Shown: positions 28,845 to 38,590 of the stretch, piece by piece
Numbering within the stretch: position 1 is the stretch's first letter
Layout: every line of letters begins with the position of its first letter
NCBI GenBank assembly: GCA_051252375.1
Contig: JBPOFY010000002.1
Span: 224,001 to 288,000, forward strand
DNA length: 64,000 bases
DNA from: Opitutaceae bacterium
Lineage (GTDB): Bacteria; Verrucomicrobiota; Verrucomicrobiia; Opitutales; Coraliomargaritaceae
Direction of reading: 5' to 3'
Translations under genes and position numbers: made by a program
Notes under the pieces: model-generated
Seen by the model: the letters and a program-made list of their open reading frames with translations, nothing else
What the model was told of the DNA's origin: nothing
The model's database searches: none

Positions 28845-30635
28845 CTAGAATGAGACTTCTAGCGCATAGCCATTCTCTCCGATCTTCTGATCAGAAAGAT
28901 TTATGTCGAGGGACTCATTCGATTGAGTCCAAGCAACAGGCTTTGAACTTCCGAGTAGTTTTACAGAACGGACTTTGCCAATTGAGTTACTCAAAGCTTC
29001 GATGCGAGCCCCCGACGCTTCCCCATTAAGCGACATGACATAAACTGTATCACCCTTTGCGCTGAACCAGAACTCAGTCGGCTTAGACTCGCTGTCTTTG
29101 ACCTTTTTGACGCCTTCGCTGAAAGTCGTCCAACGGGTGGTGCCAAAGATGGCTTCGCGGTTAGTCTGCACCCACTCGCCCATCTCGAGGAAGCTGGCGA
29201 CGCATGGCTCGGGCACTTCACCCTTCCCGGTCGGTCCGATATTGAGGAGGTAATTGCCGCCCTTGGAAACGATGTCGACGAAGTTGCGAAGCAACTGATT
29301 CCCACTTTGCCATTCGTGGTCTTGCGCTTTGAAGCCCCAAGAGTGGTTGGCAGTGCCGCAGGTTTCGAAGTGCTTGGCCGCAAGCTCGTTTTTAGCCGGA
29401 GTCTTGTTATCGCCCGCGTCGACATAATCACCGAAATCATAACCGACGCGGCGATTGACAACGATACTCGGGTTCAAATCGTAAACGAGTTTGTAGAAAT
29501 CGAATGCTTGCTTCTCGGTAATGAGCCCCTCCCCATCGAACCAAATAAGGCGTAGATCGGGCAGGTTCTCAATTAGCTCCGCGATCTGCGGGTAAGCCTT
29601 TTGCTCGAGATATTCTGCGTGCGTGCTACGGCTGGGATCCCAGAGATTTTTGCCGTTTGGACGTGTCGGAACATTATACTGATCGTTGACGGCCTTGACG
29701 TTGGCATAGTTGCCATCGCCGCCCTCACCCCAGTCGTTGCCATGCGAATAATAGACGCCGAAATCAAGACCCTCAGCGCGACAAGCATCGTAGAGCTCTT
29801 TAATCAAATCGCCGTCGTAGGGCGAAGCATCGGCGATATCAAAATCGGAGTGCTTCGAATCAAACAGCGCAAAGCCATCGTGATGCTTCGAAGTGATGAC
29901 GACGTAGTTCATACCCGTATCCTTCGCGAGCTTGGCGATATTTACGGCGAAAGATTTGTCGGGGTTAAAGTTCTTGGCGTATTCGCGATACTCCTCGCGT
30001 GAAATTTTGAAAGCAAACTGGATCCACTCAGCTACTTTTGGGCCATCGCCTTTTTCAATCGGCACGCCCTTCCAGCTACCAGCGGCTTCGGAGTAAACGC
30101 CCCAATGAATAAACATGCCGAAGCGCGCTTGTTCATACCACTCCATCGCCGCAACTTTCTCGGGCGACTCGTGCATTTTCAGCCACTTATCATAGTAGTG
30201 ACTAGAGCTAAGATGTATGCGGCTCTTGGTATAACCGCTGGGCACGAGGCGCACCTTTACAGGCATTACAGTCGATTCCACTACGACCAAATGGGCACCC
30301 TCTACGAGTGTCGCCGAGCTCTTATGCTCAGCCACCAGACCGTCTTCGATCATGTAAGCTTTATTCAATCGACCACTGAATCGCTCTTCCCCGATAGAAA
30401 CCTCGGCGGAGAGTTCGCCTTGAGCCGAATCAGGCGGATAGATAATCTGCACCGTGTAGTCACCGGGATGCACGACTTCAATCATCCAACTATACGCTTC
30501 ACCACGCATGTCGGCGGCAGCTCTCTCCAATATAATCGAGCTGTCGGGACGGTGAGTAATGACACCCATCTCTGCGCTAGCGATAGACGACAAACAAATG
30601 CCTAGAGTCAGGCACAACTTGAATACGATTTTCAT
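28845..30635 (-). CDS. GH29 alpha-L-fucosidase with N-terminal accessory domain
   Basis: WYEQARFGMFIHWG, TSKHHDGFALF, IWFDG, GGNYLLNIGP. Confidence 0.92.
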   Translation of the reverse strand: MKIVFKLCLTLGICLSSIASAEMGVITHRPDSSIILERAAADMRGEAYSWMIEVVHPGDYTVQIIYPPDSAQGELSAEVSIGEERFSGRLNKAYMIEDGLVAEHKSSATLVEGAHLVVVESTVMPVKVRLVPSGYTKSRIHLSSSHYYDKWLKMHESPEKVAAMEWYEQARFGMFIHWGVYSEAAGSWKGVPIEKGDGPKVAEWIQFAFKISREEYREYAKNFNPDKSFAVNIAKLAKDTGMNYVVITSKHHDGFALFDSKHSDFDIADASPYDGDLIKELYDACRAEGLDFGVYYSHGNDWGEGGDGNYANVKAVNDQYNVPTRPNGKNLWDPSRSTHAEYLEQKAYPQIAELIENLPDLRLIWFDGEGLITEKQAFDFYKLVYDLNPSIVVNRRVGYDFGDYVDAGDNKTPAKNELAAKHFETCGTANHSWGFKAQDHEWQSGNQLLRNFVDIVSKGGNYLLNIGPTGKGEVPEPCVASFLEMGEWVQTNREAIFGTTRWTTFSEGVKKVKDSESKPTEFWFSAKGDTVYVMSLNGEASGARIEALSNSIGKVRSVKLLGSSKPVAWTQSNESLDINLSDQKIGENGYALEVSF

Positions 30636-30653
30636 AGTTTATGATTTCCGAGC

Positions 30654-31700
30654 TTACTCGCCATCCCACCCATCAATCTTCAGAAAATAACCGGCAGTCG
30701 AATCGTCATCATGACATGCGAGGAAAAGGTAATCCGGCTTGCCGTCTTTCCAAAGAATGTGAGGCCGCTCGCTACGAGCCAGTTTATGCCCAAAGTAAAT
30801 CTCGTTTGTTTGGTAGCCGACTTGAGGGATGCCCCAGTCGATGCCATCCTTGGATTTATAGATCAGTCCCGGACGATAACCGCCTGACTTAATCTCTTCA
30901 GCTGGGCGCAGATTCCCTTCAAGCATACCCTTAATATCGCGACGATCTTCAACGATCATGTAGTAATAACCATTATAGTAAAACGCATAGGGATCTTCGA
31001 TATCCTGCATGGTCTCGGCATAGCTAATGACAGGATTGTTTTCGTAATTCACATAGGGCCCATCAAGGGAGTCGCTCTCAACAAAAGAGATTTCACGAAT
31101 GCCTCTGCCCTTATACTTATCGGTCATCGACTTGTAGTAGATACGATATTTGCCCTCGGGTGTGACGACAAAAGTCGGGTTCGAAGCGTGGTTGATATTC
31201 GCCCCATACATTTTCCCCGAAGCCGGGATGATTGGGTTCAAGGGGTTCTCCGTCCATGGGCCTTCCAGCGAACTTGCGGTCGCGATACCGACTTCCTGCT
31301 TCGAACCATTTTCGTCTTTGTGAGGGTTATACAAGAAAACCATCACGTAGGTATCGCCGACCTTCGATATCTGAGGATTATGGTAGCTAGCATCCTCGCT
31401 GACAAAAACATCGCCCAACATCGTATAAGGCCCTTCGGGTTGATCCGCTACCCAGTGAACGATACGACTATTTTTGATCCAGCTGCCTTTCTTTTTAATA
31501 ATCGAATTGAAGATATGGAGCTTCCCATCCTCGTCATAGATCGGCGCCATCCCCCAAGTCCATTCACCTTCCTCGGACGGTAGGATGAAATCGATCGGTT
31601 TGAGCGATTTAGAAAAAGCGGATTCTTCTATAGAGTAAGTCAGCTGGCTAGAAATACCCATAATGAATGCGGCGACAGGAATCAGTTTATTGAAATTCAT
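30654..31700 (-). CDS. Five-bladed beta-propeller glycoside hydrolase (GH43/GH117-like)
   Basis: HNPQI, SLEGPW..NPLNPI, IEDPY, ERPHI motifs; probable start MNFNK. Confidence 0.7.
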   Translation of the reverse strand: MNFNKLIPVAAFIMGISSQLTYSIEESAFSKSLKPIDFILPSEEGEWTWGMAPIYDEDGKLHIFNSIIKKKGSWIKNSRIVHWVADQPEGPYTMLGDVFVSEDASYHNPQISKVGDTYVMVFLYNPHKDENGSKQEVGIATASSLEGPWTENPLNPIIPASGKMYGANINHASNPTFVVTPEGKYRIYYKSMTDKYKGRGIREISFVESDSLDGPYVNYENNPVISYAETMQDIEDPYAFYYNGYYYMIVEDRRDIKGMLEGNLRPAEEIKSGGYRPGLIYKSKDGIDWGIPQVGYQTNEIYFGHKLARSERPHILWKDGKPDYLFLACHDDDSTAGYFLKIDGWDGE

Positions 31701-31760
31701 AATGCCACAGAGTAACACTTAAAAAATCACACGAATACCCCTTATATAAGTGATGTTAGT

Positions 31761-31870
31761 AAAGTAAAAGCTCGGCACGCCCCTAAACGTGCCGAGCTAC
31801 ATTATTCGCCCCCTAAAGCGAATAATGACCCTAAAACCCAGTTAGTTTGTTAATACTCCTAACTGGTATA
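31761..31870 (-). ncRNA. Putative small RNA with UUUAGGGG-loop hairpins
   Basis: Three adjacent perfect hairpins (31838-31866, 31800-31827, 31769-31798); two have identical cccctaaa loops; the last is followed by a U-tract on the minus strand; intergenic. Confidence 0.6.
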
Positions 31871-32088
31871 CGGATTTAAACCTTACCAACTATCACCCGC
31901 AAGACTTTTTAACTGAACTTCAAAATATTTTACTATGTTCTTAAAATCGTTACGCCGCACAGGTGAGATAGCCTAGGTCGATAAACGCAACAACCTATAC
32001 GCATTAGGGTAAACACCTAAGTAACTTGTTGCTAGTATTTTACAGACCCGAAAAACGAACCAATTAAATATACCTTGATATCAAGCAA

Positions 32089-32832
32089 TTACCTAGAATC
32101 AGGTAGTAATGTTTCAATTTCCGCAGCCACTTTCTCGGCCAAGGCGACACTCCCCTGCTTAGTAAAATGAACGCCATCAGACGCCTGCCATTCGTCCAAT
32201 CGTGGTAAGCAAAAGGCATACAAATCATTCACTGGAATACTGTTCACTTTCACAATTCCTAAAGCAGCAGCGTTATAACGAATTGGTCCATCAACTTCAC
32301 GCAACGGACCAGAGCAATTTGCGGCGACAGGTGTCGTTGTCGCAAAAATCAACTTAGCGTTTGTCGCTTTCAATTTAGCGACCAACTCCTCCATATTTTC
32401 ACTATACTGCTCCACTGTGGCCTGATAAGGGTCGCTGGCTTTGGTCGAGTTCACCATTTTCCCATTCTCTAGGTATTTCACTCGCTTCAAATCATGTAAG
32501 CCCCAGTTAAAGTGAATAACGTCCCATTTCTGAACCGATAACCAGCGATCAATATGCTTTACGCCATTGATCGTGCCCTGGCAATTTTCAGGCTTAGTTA
32601 CTTTATTCGGTCGAAAGACGTTGGCCTTGCCTTTCAGCAATGCCTTCACCTGAAGCGTGTAGCCAATCGAAATCGAATCACCCAAGATCAAAACATTAGG
32701 AAGATTCGGATCGGGGATAGTCTCCCAACCCGAGTTCACAGCTAGTTCGGCAGTCGAGCCAGCTTCAGGAGTATACGCAAATGCTGCATTCAAGAATGCA
32801 GCACTGAGAATTAGAGAGAGTAAGATTTTCAT
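32089..32832 (-). CDS. SGNH/GDSL hydrolase (esterase)
   Basis: ILGDSIS, HFNWGLHD, DGVH. Confidence 0.9.
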   Translation of the reverse strand: MKILLSLILSAAFLNAAFAYTPEAGSTAELAVNSGWETIPDPNLPNVLILGDSISIGYTLQVKALLKGKANVFRPNKVTKPENCQGTINGVKHIDRWLSVQKWDVIHFNWGLHDLKRVKYLENGKMVNSTKASDPYQATVEQYSENMEELVAKLKATNAKLIFATTTPVAANCSGPLREVDGPIRYNAAALGIVKVNSIPVNDLYAFCLPRLDEWQASDGVHFTKQGSVALAEKVAAEIETLLPDSR

Positions 32833-32862
32833 ATTTTTACATTTCAGGAAAACTAAACCACC

Positions 32863-34593
32863 CTACAACGCTTCAACCTCAGTGTAATAGGCACCTCGAA
32901 CCTGATCATCCGTATCATATAAATAGGTGATCAATTCCGCAGGTCCTGCGGGCAAATTCAAGGTAAAGCTAACAGATTTGGCACCGGGAGCCACATCCAC
33001 CTCTTGTGAGACGCCAGCGATTTCGATTTTGGCACGAACCGCCTTTAACGCGGCAGGCGCCTCTTTAGGTCGTTGACGAAGTGTAAATCGATATTCGCCC
33101 GCTTGCTTCACATCAACCATCCAAGGTCCTGTTTTTTGAGGCATACCTGCGATCGCACCCTGAGACCATGGAGGATTGCCCTTGGGCAAATACCAATCTT
33201 GTGAATTCAGATCGGTTGGGTTCTGCGCAGGATTACCCAAATCAATGCGAACCGCCTGCATACGTGGTGACACCGATTCCCACCATGACAAATAAGCCGG
33301 CTTGAGACTCTCCACAACTTCGGGGAATTGCTTCGCCACATCCTTACTTTGAGAAGGGTCTTTGCGAATATCATATAATTTTTCGCCATTCATCAGCCTC
33401 CATTTGCCGCTTAAGACCACAGATTCATTCCAAGGCTTGATCCCTTTAACCAAGCCAACACCTCCATGGAATTGAACCACGATAGGATCGCGCTTCAACG
33501 GGGCTTTGGGCTTGCGCAATACTTTCGCAAAAGAAATCCCATCTGCTTCATACGACTCAGGCAGATCCAATCCACAGAGCTCAGCCAAGGTCGGCAATAC
33601 GTCGATGTGAGCCGTCATGGCATTCACATTCTGAGGCTTGGCCAACTTACCTTCAGGCCAATGAAAAAAGAAAGGCACGCGATGCCCACCATCCCAGATC
33701 GTCGATTTGCCACCACGCATTCCTGCATTGAAAACGCCTGAGCCCTTCGCCGAACCATTATCACTCATGAAAATGAAAATCGTGTTTTCAGCGAGACCGA
33801 GCTGCTGTAAACGTGCTCTAAAAATGCCAAGGTTGTAGTCCAAATTGGCAATCATGCCAAAGAACTCCTTCATACTTTTCCCCTTCACCTTGCTGTAAGG
33901 AGCCACCCACTCTTTACCCACTCGATATGGACCGTGCGGTGCATTCGTAGACAGATACAGGAAGAATGGCTTCTCTTGATTACGTTCTACAAATCGCATC
34001 GCTTCATCAAACCACACATCAGTGCAATAGCCTTTAAACTTCTTTAGAGTGCCTTGCTTATTATCAGTCGACGCAACTTCATACGTGTCATCAAAGTAAT
34101 CATTGCCCCAGTAGTCAGGTCCCTGCCCGACACCACCGGCTTTATGCCAGACAACCTGCTGAAAACCACGATCCTGCGGACGGTGCGGCGCGTTATCGCC
34201 TAAGTGCCATTTCCCCACTAGCCCAGTCACATAGCCATTAGCCGCAAAGATCTCAGCCATCGTGCTCTCATCAGTATGCATCAATGTGCGACCACTACTC
34301 GTGCGAAAGGCCCCGTTACGACCAGGGTAGCGCCCCGTCATGATAGCACCACGCGTAGGTGTGCAAAAAGGGCTGACGTGAAAATCCGTTAAGCGCAGCG
34401 ACTCTTCATGCAATTTGTCCAAGCTCGGCGTCTTTAAAATCGGATTACCATGAGCGCCGATGTCACCGTAACCTTGATCGTCGGTGATAACGATCACGAC
34501 ATTTGGTGGGACCTGCTTCGCAGACTTCGCCTCCACTAATACAATCGGTAATAGTAGAGCACAGAATATACAGTAGGGGAAATTCGAAGGCAT
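32863..34593 (-). CDS. S1 arylsulfatase with C-terminal beta domain
   Basis: PNVVIVITDDQG, CTPTR, GKWHLG, SDNG. Confidence 0.93.
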   Translation of the reverse strand: MPSNFPYCIFCALLLPIVLVEAKSAKQVPPNVVIVITDDQGYGDIGAHGNPILKTPSLDKLHEESLRLTDFHVSPFCTPTRGAIMTGRYPGRNGAFRTSSGRTLMHTDESTMAEIFAANGYVTGLVGKWHLGDNAPHRPQDRGFQQVVWHKAGGVGQGPDYWGNDYFDDTYEVASTDNKQGTLKKFKGYCTDVWFDEAMRFVERNQEKPFFLYLSTNAPHGPYRVGKEWVAPYSKVKGKSMKEFFGMIANLDYNLGIFRARLQQLGLAENTIFIFMSDNGSAKGSGVFNAGMRGGKSTIWDGGHRVPFFFHWPEGKLAKPQNVNAMTAHIDVLPTLAELCGLDLPESYEADGISFAKVLRKPKAPLKRDPIVVQFHGGVGLVKGIKPWNESVVLSGKWRLMNGEKLYDIRKDPSQSKDVAKQFPEVVESLKPAYLSWWESVSPRMQAVRIDLGNPAQNPTDLNSQDWYLPKGNPPWSQGAIAGMPQKTGPWMVDVKQAGEYRFTLRQRPKEAPAALKAVRAKIEIAGVSQEVDVAPGAKSVSFTLNLPAGPAELITYLYDTDDQVRGAYYTEVEAL

Positions 34594-34724
34594 TTATAGA
34601 GTGTAGTTTAGGGTAGATGGAAAGTATATCGCATCCCCTACGGTAGAGTATCCCTAATATACGTTATAGGACCATATCAATAATCACGCGGGCATGCGCG
34701 CCTACATGTAGCTAAGCGCTTAAA

Positions 34725-35159
34725 TTACTCTGCTCGCTGCTGGGCTTTGGTCAACCAATCCATCAGCACTGCCTTTTCGCCCTTCTTCTCGTATTCGGCT
34801 TTCAGCATATCGAGTTCTGCGGTCAGCTGGGCATCTTTTCTGAAAGGACGAGGTAATTTAGCTCCCTGCGGCATGTCATCGTCACCGATCACTTCGAGCA
34901 TGATATTCACATTAGGCAAAGTCTTCAAAATCGCCTCGTCTGTGCTGAAATCAATGTCCTCCTTGACGATCAATTCACCCTTCATCTCGGCACCGTGGCA
35001 CATTACGCAACGCGCATCCAATATCTGACGCACTTGCGGCGTGATTGGCATCAAAGCAGAAGTGGGAATCGCTGGTTCTTCAACTTCAGCCTCTTCAGCA
35101 TGAAGCGATGCAACGGCAGTCAGAGCCAGTAGAAGAATAGACGTATAATTTAGGGACAT
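34725..35159 (-). CDS. Exported c-type cytochrome-like protein
   Basis: Signal peptide, CVMCH heme motif, distal MP. Confidence 0.65.
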   Translation of the reverse strand: MSLNYTSILLLALTAVASLHAEEAEVEEPAIPTSALMPITPQVRQILDARCVMCHGAEMKGELIVKEDIDFSTDEAILKTLPNVNIMLEVIGDDDMPQGAKLPRPFRKDAQLTAELDMLKAEYEKKGEKAVLMDWLTKAQQRAE

Positions 35160-35343
35160 AATGAAGTGGCTGCTATTGTGATTTGCTTAGGGCAATTAAA
35201 GCTATGCTACACGATATAACCGGTCATGCTATCCCACAAATACGTGAGTCTTTGCAATTAGAACGCACCAGCCTTTAAAACTTAATCGTATGACACTATT
35301 TGACTTCAAAAGTCCTAGCCACAGGCTCTAGTGTCTACAAATC

Positions 35344-35763
35344 ATGAATTTAAAAGACAAACAAGCCACCCTGATCGAAGAGATCACTTTGATACCCGAC
35401 GCCTACGAGCGTCTGGGCTACATCGTGGAATGCGGCAAGAAAGCCGCCGGCCTCCCCGATGACCTACGTATCGACAGCTTCAAGATAGAAGGTTGCATGT
35501 CCCAGCTCTGGGTCGTCCCTGAGTTTAAGGACGGGCTATGCTATTTTCGTTCGGAATCTGACTCCGCCATCGTCAAAGGCATCGCCGAACTGCTCTGCAA
35601 CTTTTACAGTGATCAAAAGCCCGAAGAAATCGTCGAAACCGATGCGGAGTTTTTGGCAGAAGTCGGCATCACACAGCATTTATCTCCCAACCGACGCAAC
35701 GGCCTCAGCCGTATTGTGGAGTCGATCCAGCGCTTTGCCAAATCCTGCATGGCAGGATCGTAA
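35344..35763 (+). CDS. sufE: SufE family sulfur acceptor
   Basis: GCMSQLW, SDSAIVKG, HLSPNRRNGL. Confidence 0.92.
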   Translation: MNLKDKQATLIEEITLIPDAYERLGYIVECGKKAAGLPDDLRIDSFKIEGCMSQLWVVPEFKDGLCYFRSESDSAIVKGIAELLCNFYSDQKPEEIVETDAEFLAEVGITQHLSPNRRNGLSRIVESIQRFAKSCMAGS

Positions 35764-35775
35764 CGCGCCAGCGTC

Positions 35776-36585
35776 ATGACTGCCCCACTCTACGATGCAC
35801 ATGCGCATTTAGCCGACACACGGCTTGAGCCGTATCGCGGAGCCATCGAGCAGTCACTCAAGGAAATCAACTGCCAGCAAACAGTCGTCAACGGAACCTC
35901 GCCCGCCGATTGGCATCTGGTCGTCGAATACACGAAGTCGTCGGGCAAGTCGCTTCCCGCCATTGGGCTACACCCATGGCAAGTGAACGATGCACCAGTT
36001 GACTGGCAGGCACAATTCTCTCAGCTCCTAAATACAGATGCGATCATCGTCATCGGCGAAATCGGGCTGGACCAGTGGATCGAAGGCCATGACATCGAGC
36101 AGCAGCAAGCTGCCTTCAAATGGCAACTTCAAGTCGCCGCTCAACACAACCTTCCGGTCTCGATCCATTGCCTGCTTGCGATGCAACCGCTACTGGAGAC
36201 TCTACTCGCGGCACAATTGCCACAACGCGGCATCCACCTACATGCCTTCAATGGCTCCGCTGAGGAGGCACGACGATTAGTCGAACTCGGCGCTTACTTT
36301 TCATTCAATGCCGGACAACTCAAACCGAATGCAAAAACTGTATACGAAGCCATTCGCGCCATTCCCGAAGATCGCCTTTTGATCGAGACCGATGCACCCG
36401 ACATGCTACCGCCAAGTGAACACCGTGAATTCGAACTGCCGCCCGCAAACTCGTCCACTCGACCGCTGAACCATCCAGCAAACTTGCTCGCTGCCTACAA
36501 AGCAATTGCCGACATCCGATCCACATCGTTCAATCAACTAGCGATTCAAGTCGAACAAAACTTTCAACGCTATTTCATCCAATAA
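35776..36585 (+). CDS. tatD: TatD family hydrolase
   Basis: DAHAH, GLHPW, IGEIGLD, IETDAPD. Confidence 0.9.
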   Translation: MTAPLYDAHAHLADTRLEPYRGAIEQSLKEINCQQTVVNGTSPADWHLVVEYTKSSGKSLPAIGLHPWQVNDAPVDWQAQFSQLLNTDAIIVIGEIGLDQWIEGHDIEQQQAAFKWQLQVAAQHNLPVSIHCLLAMQPLLETLLAAQLPQRGIHLHAFNGSAEEARRLVELGAYFSFNAGQLKPNAKTVYEAIRAIPEDRLLIETDAPDMLPPSEHREFELPPANSSTRPLNHPANLLAAYKAIADIRSTSFNQLAIQVEQNFQRYFIQ

Positions 36586-36589
36586 CCCT

Positions 36590-37030
36590 GTGAACATATC
36601 TGAGTTCAAGCCATTGCCCAAAGTTGGGCCGAAGCAGATCATCGTCCGAGGTCTGCAAAAAACTTGCCCCAATTGCGGTCAGGCCAAGTTATTCCGCTCA
36701 CCCCTACACATCCACCATCGATGCCCCTCCTGCGGCATGACATTAGAGCGTGGCGACGGTTACTACCTCGGGCCGCTTTGCATCAACTACGGCTTCGTCG
36801 CGATTGGCTTCGTCTCTCCAGTTCTAATCGTCGGCTTCCTCGGCATCTTCCCGATGAAGACCGCTCTGGCGATCGCACTCATTGGCGCACTGCTACTCCC
36901 GATCGCGCTCTACCGAACGACTTGGAGCCTGTGGCTCATGCTCTACTACATCTGCCTACCGGACGAACTCCACGCCAACCACTCAGAAGATAGCGACGAC
37001 CTTTCCTTCGAAGAAGAAAAGCGAAGTTAA
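36590..37030 (+). CDS. DUF983-like Zn-ribbon membrane protein
   Basis: CPNCG...CPSCG..ERGDG followed by two TMs. Confidence 0.75.
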   Translation: MNISEFKPLPKVGPKQIIVRGLQKTCPNCGQAKLFRSPLHIHHRCPSCGMTLERGDGYYLGPLCINYGFVAIGFVSPVLIVGFLGIFPMKTALAIALIGALLLPIALYRTTWSLWLMLYYICLPDELHANHSEDSDDLSFEEEKRS

Positions 37031-37118
37031 CATTTTTTTTACATTACCGCATATAAATAAGTAAATAACGTTAATAAAAGCATAGACAGTTCGACCTACT
37101 ACAAGTATTTATAGTGAG

Positions 37119-38570
37119 TTGAATACTCAAATACAGTGGTTGGTTTACCTCGGTGCGAGTCAGGGGTTATTCGAGGCCAAACCGTGTTTGGACTTATCGA
37201 ACAAAATACATTCAGAAGTTGAACTCGTTGAATTTGCCGAGTCCCTCCTTAAGAAGCGCATCTGCCTAGATTTTGACGGTCTTCAGACCCTAGTTGAAGA
37301 AGCATATGAACATTCATTGAAAGGTGCCCCCCCCGAGAACCCATTTGATGATGTCGCCCAACTCCAAGAGGATGGAATCGATACCCCAAAGGATACAGAA
37401 TGCTCTGAAATAGACATTTTGCAGATGCTGCCTGAACTAGCCGGCATTAATGACATCACGACGCATGATTCTGCTGAAAAAACCATGCGCTCGCTGCTCC
37501 AAGCGTGTCACGAATTGGGAGCCAGCGACCTACACGTATCAGCAGGTGCCAGACCCTTTGTTCGTTTGAATCGAAAAATCTGCTACTTGAATGTATCTAC
37601 ACTGACTCCAACAACATCAGCGCTACTGAACAACGCCCTTCTTTCCGAGGAACGAAGCGTGCTATTCGAAGCCAAAAAAGATTTAGACTTTGCCTTAGCA
37701 TTGACCGAACAAGAACGATATCGCGTCAACTTAATGATCCACAAAGAAGGCGTTTCCGGAACCTACCGCTTAATCCCGCAAAGCATCGTGCCGATTGAGT
37801 CCTTAGGTTTCGAGGATCTCAAACCGATCGAAAAACTACTCAGTTACAACAACGGGCTGATTCTGGTAGCAGGCCCAATTGGTTCAGGGAAAACAGTTAC
37901 ACTCGCCTCTATGATCGATTTTATAAATCGCAATCGAGAGGATCACCTGATCGCCGTCGAAGAACCGATCGAGATCGTCCAACGTTCCAAAAGCTGCCAA
38001 ATCACACAGCGCGAGATCGGCATCCATGCACATGGCTTTACAAACGCGCTCAAAAGTGCCTTACGACAAGATCCCGACGTCATTGTAATCGGAGAAATGC
38101 GCGACTTAACTACCATTGAAATGGCGATTAGTGCATCGGAGACCGGGCACCTAGTCATCGGCACCTTAAATACAAATGATGCTGCCAACACTTTAAACAG
38201 AGTCCTCGATGTTTTTCCCGCCGCCCAACAAACACAGATCAGGGCCATGCTATCACATGCACTACGCGGGATAATCTGTCAGCACTTGGTCCCCTCGACT
38301 AAAGGAGGGATGGCCCTCGCCTATGAATTACTGATCAATAATACCGCAGTATGCGCGCTGATTCAGAAAAACAAACCCGAGGGTTTAGTGAATGCGATGG
38401 AAACCGGCTCCGCCGACGGGATGCGCTTGATGGACAAGTCGGTGCTCTCCCTCTGGGAAAGAGACCTTATCTCCGATGCAGTAGCTCTCAAAAACTTAAA
38501 AAGTAAAATTATCCGCCAGCAACTAAGCGAGCTCATCAAACTACAGAAGCCAACTCATTTGAGCGAATGA
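37119..38570 (+). CDS. PilT/PilU family ATPase with N-terminal extension
   Basis: SDLHVS, GPIGSGKT, RQDPDVIVIGEMRD, ETGHLV. Confidence 0.88.
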   Translation: MNTQIQWLVYLGASQGLFEAKPCLDLSNKIHSEVELVEFAESLLKKRICLDFDGLQTLVEEAYEHSLKGAPPENPFDDVAQLQEDGIDTPKDTECSEIDILQMLPELAGINDITTHDSAEKTMRSLLQACHELGASDLHVSAGARPFVRLNRKICYLNVSTLTPTTSALLNNALLSEERSVLFEAKKDLDFALALTEQERYRVNLMIHKEGVSGTYRLIPQSIVPIESLGFEDLKPIEKLLSYNNGLILVAGPIGSGKTVTLASMIDFINRNREDHLIAVEEPIEIVQRSKSCQITQREIGIHAHGFTNALKSALRQDPDVIVIGEMRDLTTIEMAISASETGHLVIGTLNTNDAANTLNRVLDVFPAAQQTQIRAMLSHALRGIICQHLVPSTKGGMALAYELLINNTAVCALIQKNKPEGLVNAMETGSADGMRLMDKSVLSLWERDLISDAVALKNLKSKIIRQQLSELIKLQKPTHLSE

Positions 38571-38590
38571 CCCTTTTTTAGAAATACACC

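Noticed and set aside
31769..31827. Telomere-like TTAGGG or G-quadruplex interpretation of the loops
   Set aside because: The motifs are isolated in loops of strong stems rather than tandem arrays, so hairpin display is the simpler reading
19555..34593. Fucosidase and sulfatase genes as integron cassettes
   Set aside because: Opposite strand and no attC-like sites seen between them
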